DNA of 37,181 nucleotides, taken from a virus. Its lineage: Duplodnaviria > Caudoviricetes. Positions within the stretch are counted from its first letter, which is position 1. Each line of letters opens with the position of its first letter. The translations under genes were made by a program, and so were the position numbers. The notes under the pieces were generated by a model. The model did no database searches. It saw nothing but the letters and a program-made list of their open reading frames with translations, and was not told where the DNA came from. The DNA lies in the IMG/VR virus record IMGVR_UViG_3300020269_000019, positions 1-37,181 of that record. One strand, given 5' to 3'. Below are positions 35,662 through 37,181 of the stretch, in pieces.

Positions 35662-36089
35662 CTGACAAATTTAAAGATCTAAATGACACTTTTGATATAG
35701 AAGAAGTTGTTGAGACCGAAGTTGTAAAACCAGAATCTAAGAAACCAGTACAGACATCTAAGAATAAAGATGTTGATATAGAGAAGGATTATGATTATAC
35801 AAGAGGGCAATTATATTCTATTATTGAGAAAGGACAAGAAGCATTAGATAGTGCTTTAGAAATAGCAGTTGATCAAGGAAATGCAAGAGCATTTGAGGTT
35901 GTTGGTCAACTTATTAAATCTGTTTCTGATACAACAGATAAGTTAATGGATCTTCAGAAGAAGATTAAAGAAGTTGAGGAGGATAATCCAAAAGGTCCAA
36001 CTAACGTTACCAATGCTATGTTCTTTGGTTCAACAGCAGAATTATCCAAGTTACTTAAAAAGAACAAAGCGGAAGAAAAAGATAAATAG
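35658..36089 (+). CDS. gp16: terminase small subunit, T4 gp16-like
   Basis: DY.YTRGQLY..IEKGQEA...RAFEV.GQLIK......DKL..LQKK...NA.F.GST.EL.K motifs. The ATG at 35658 (ATGA overlap) is preferred over 35646. Confidence 0.92.
   Translation: MTDKFKDLNDTFDIEEVVETEVVKPESKKPVQTSKNKDVDIEKDYDYTRGQLYSIIEKGQEALDSALEIAVDQGNARAFEVVGQLIKSVSDTTDKLMDLQKKIKEVEEDNPKGPTNVTNAMFFGSTAELSKLLKKNKAEEKDK
36081..36088 (+). promoter_or_regulatory. T4-type late promoter box
   Basis: GATAAATA at the gp16 stop, ending 20 nt before the ATG at 36109. Confidence 0.7.
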
Positions 36090-36108
36090 AAAAAAACTGC
36101 GTTTGAAA

Positions 36109-37181
36109 ATGCCTAGTTTTGCCATTGATAAAAAATCTCATAAGACTGCCTCTAAACAGGCTAAGATTAGGAATATGACTAAATCGTCAAATCCTAATGA
36201 GAGAGATGTGGCAAAACGTAAATTAAAATCTAAAATCGAACTTCCTCCCAATCCACAGATTGAAGGATTAAAGATTGTTGATTTAATTGTTACTGAGATT
36301 AATAACGACGTTTTTGAAGACCACATGCACAAATCCTGTAAAAAGGGTTATTATTATTGTTACACTGATAAAAAATGTAAAAAGATTCCCTCTGGATATC
36401 ACATAGGTGGTAGAGGTCGTCTAGTTCAAGACGAAGATGATGGGGATGAAGGTGAGAGTAAGAATGGTAACGGTAATGGTGGCAATGGTGGTAACGGTGG
36501 TGATGGTGGTGGAATGGGTGAGAACGTAGTTCTTCGCACATGCACTGGTGAAAAGTTTGCTGAGATTATTGATCTCATTAGACCTGAAGATGTTATGCCT
36601 AAAATGAAGGTATCAGATCAATGGGTTAATGAAGAAGATACTTATGCTCAAAAGGATAAGGAACTTAAAGCAACTAAAAAGGCAAGAGATCAAAGGCATC
36701 GAAGTGTTCATGCACCTACAAATACCAAAGGTAATGTAGATGTTAATGAAAATCTTGATGATAAGCGGAAGGAAGGAATCCAGAAGCGTAAAGAAAAACT
36801 TGCATCATTTACTCAAGCAAATAAGTCTAAAGCAGCAGATCATCAAAAAGCTCATAAGAGAGCAATAAAACGTGACAGACTTAAAAATGAAATCTCTGCT
36901 AAGGTAAAAGCAGATGTAGCACATGATGTTAGACGAGCTGTTCGAGCAGCTTCAAGAGAGACTAATGAAGAAGCAGTCTCTAAAAAACAGCAAAGGTTTA
37001 TGGGTGCAGTTCTTAATGCGAAAAGAACTGGTAATGCTTCTACACCAGAGGTTGCAAAAGCTGCTTGTGGTATGAAGACTAAAGATGTAAAAGATTTTGC
37101 ATCTACAAAGCATAAAGGTTTACCTGAGAAGAAAACTAAGAAGGAGGAACTCCAAATGACAGTTGATGAAGCAGTAAGGCT
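36109..37181 (+). CDS. modular Lys/Arg-rich protein with a Cys3 module and a DUF3008-like module, truncated at the window end (not in the ORF track)
   Basis: From the ATG at 36109 there is no stop for 357 codons: MPSFAIDKKSHK...CKKGYYYCYTDKKCKKIP...NGNGNGGNGGNGGDGGG...AVSKKQQRFMGAV...VKDFASTKHKGLPEKK... Confidence 0.85.
   Translation, partial: MPSFAIDKKSHKTASKQAKIRNMTKSSNPNERDVAKRKLKSKIELPPNPQIEGLKIVDLIVTEINNDVFEDHMHKSCKKGYYYCYTDKKCKKIPSGYHIGGRGRLVQDEDDGDEGESKNGNGNGGNGGNGGDGGGMGENVVLRTCTGEKFAEIIDLIRPEDVMPKMKVSDQWVNEEDTYAQKDKELKATKKARDQRHRSVHAPTNTKGNVDVNENLDDKRKEGIQKRKEKLASFTQANKSKAADHQKAHKRAIKRDRLKNEISAKVKADVAHDVRRAVRAASRETNEEAVSKKQQRFMGAVLNAKRTGNASTPEVAKAACGMKTKDVKDFASTKHKGLPEKKTKKEELQMTVDEAVR
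36463..36513 (+). repeat. Gly/Asn low-complexity coding repeat
   Basis: aat ggt aac ggt aat ggt ggc aat ggt ggt aac ggt ggt gat ggt ggt gga = NGNGNGGNGGNGGDGGG. Confidence 0.85.

Noticed and set aside
4490-36541. The many 60-113-aa minus-strand and alternate-frame ORFs inside large genes
   Set aside because: They are shadow ORFs expected from the codon bias, with no promoter, RBS or motif support.
1-37181. Diversity-generating retroelement, invertible segment, tRNA or known riboswitch
   Set aside because: No reverse transcriptase, recombinase, template/variable repeat pair, cloverleaf or recognisable riboswitch consensus was seen by eye.

Overview
This window is part of a T4-like myovirus genome, most likely a marine cyanophage (Kyanoviridae type), with all credible genes on the + strand. 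It begins at the end of a small-ORF region with two intrinsic terminators and sigma70-like promoters (1-935). A GT-A-fold glycosyltransferase-like gene and several small ORFs follow (936-2841). The late structural operon then runs behind T4-type NATAAATA boxes: gp25, gp6, a giant 5676-aa gp7-like wedge protein, gp8, a 2561-aa DUF4815/VrlC-like protein with a polyproline tract, a small coiled-coil ORF, gp13, gp14, gp15, an inserted JmjC-like oxygenase and gp16. A modular basic ORF absent from the supplied track starts at 36109 and runs off the end. The most striking signal is in the giant gp7-like gene: 17 copies of a ~100-aa His/Cys-containing module, many inserted inside one another (up to 5 levels deep) rather than lined up in tandem. 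Other leads are a possible protease-processed polyprotein after gp16, a G-[IVLFM]-x(0,1)-[ST]-[ST] motif spread across unrelated virion proteins next to candidate modifying enzymes, and a phased direct-repeat element at the early/late boundary. All family assignments come from motif recognition and synteny, not from database searches.
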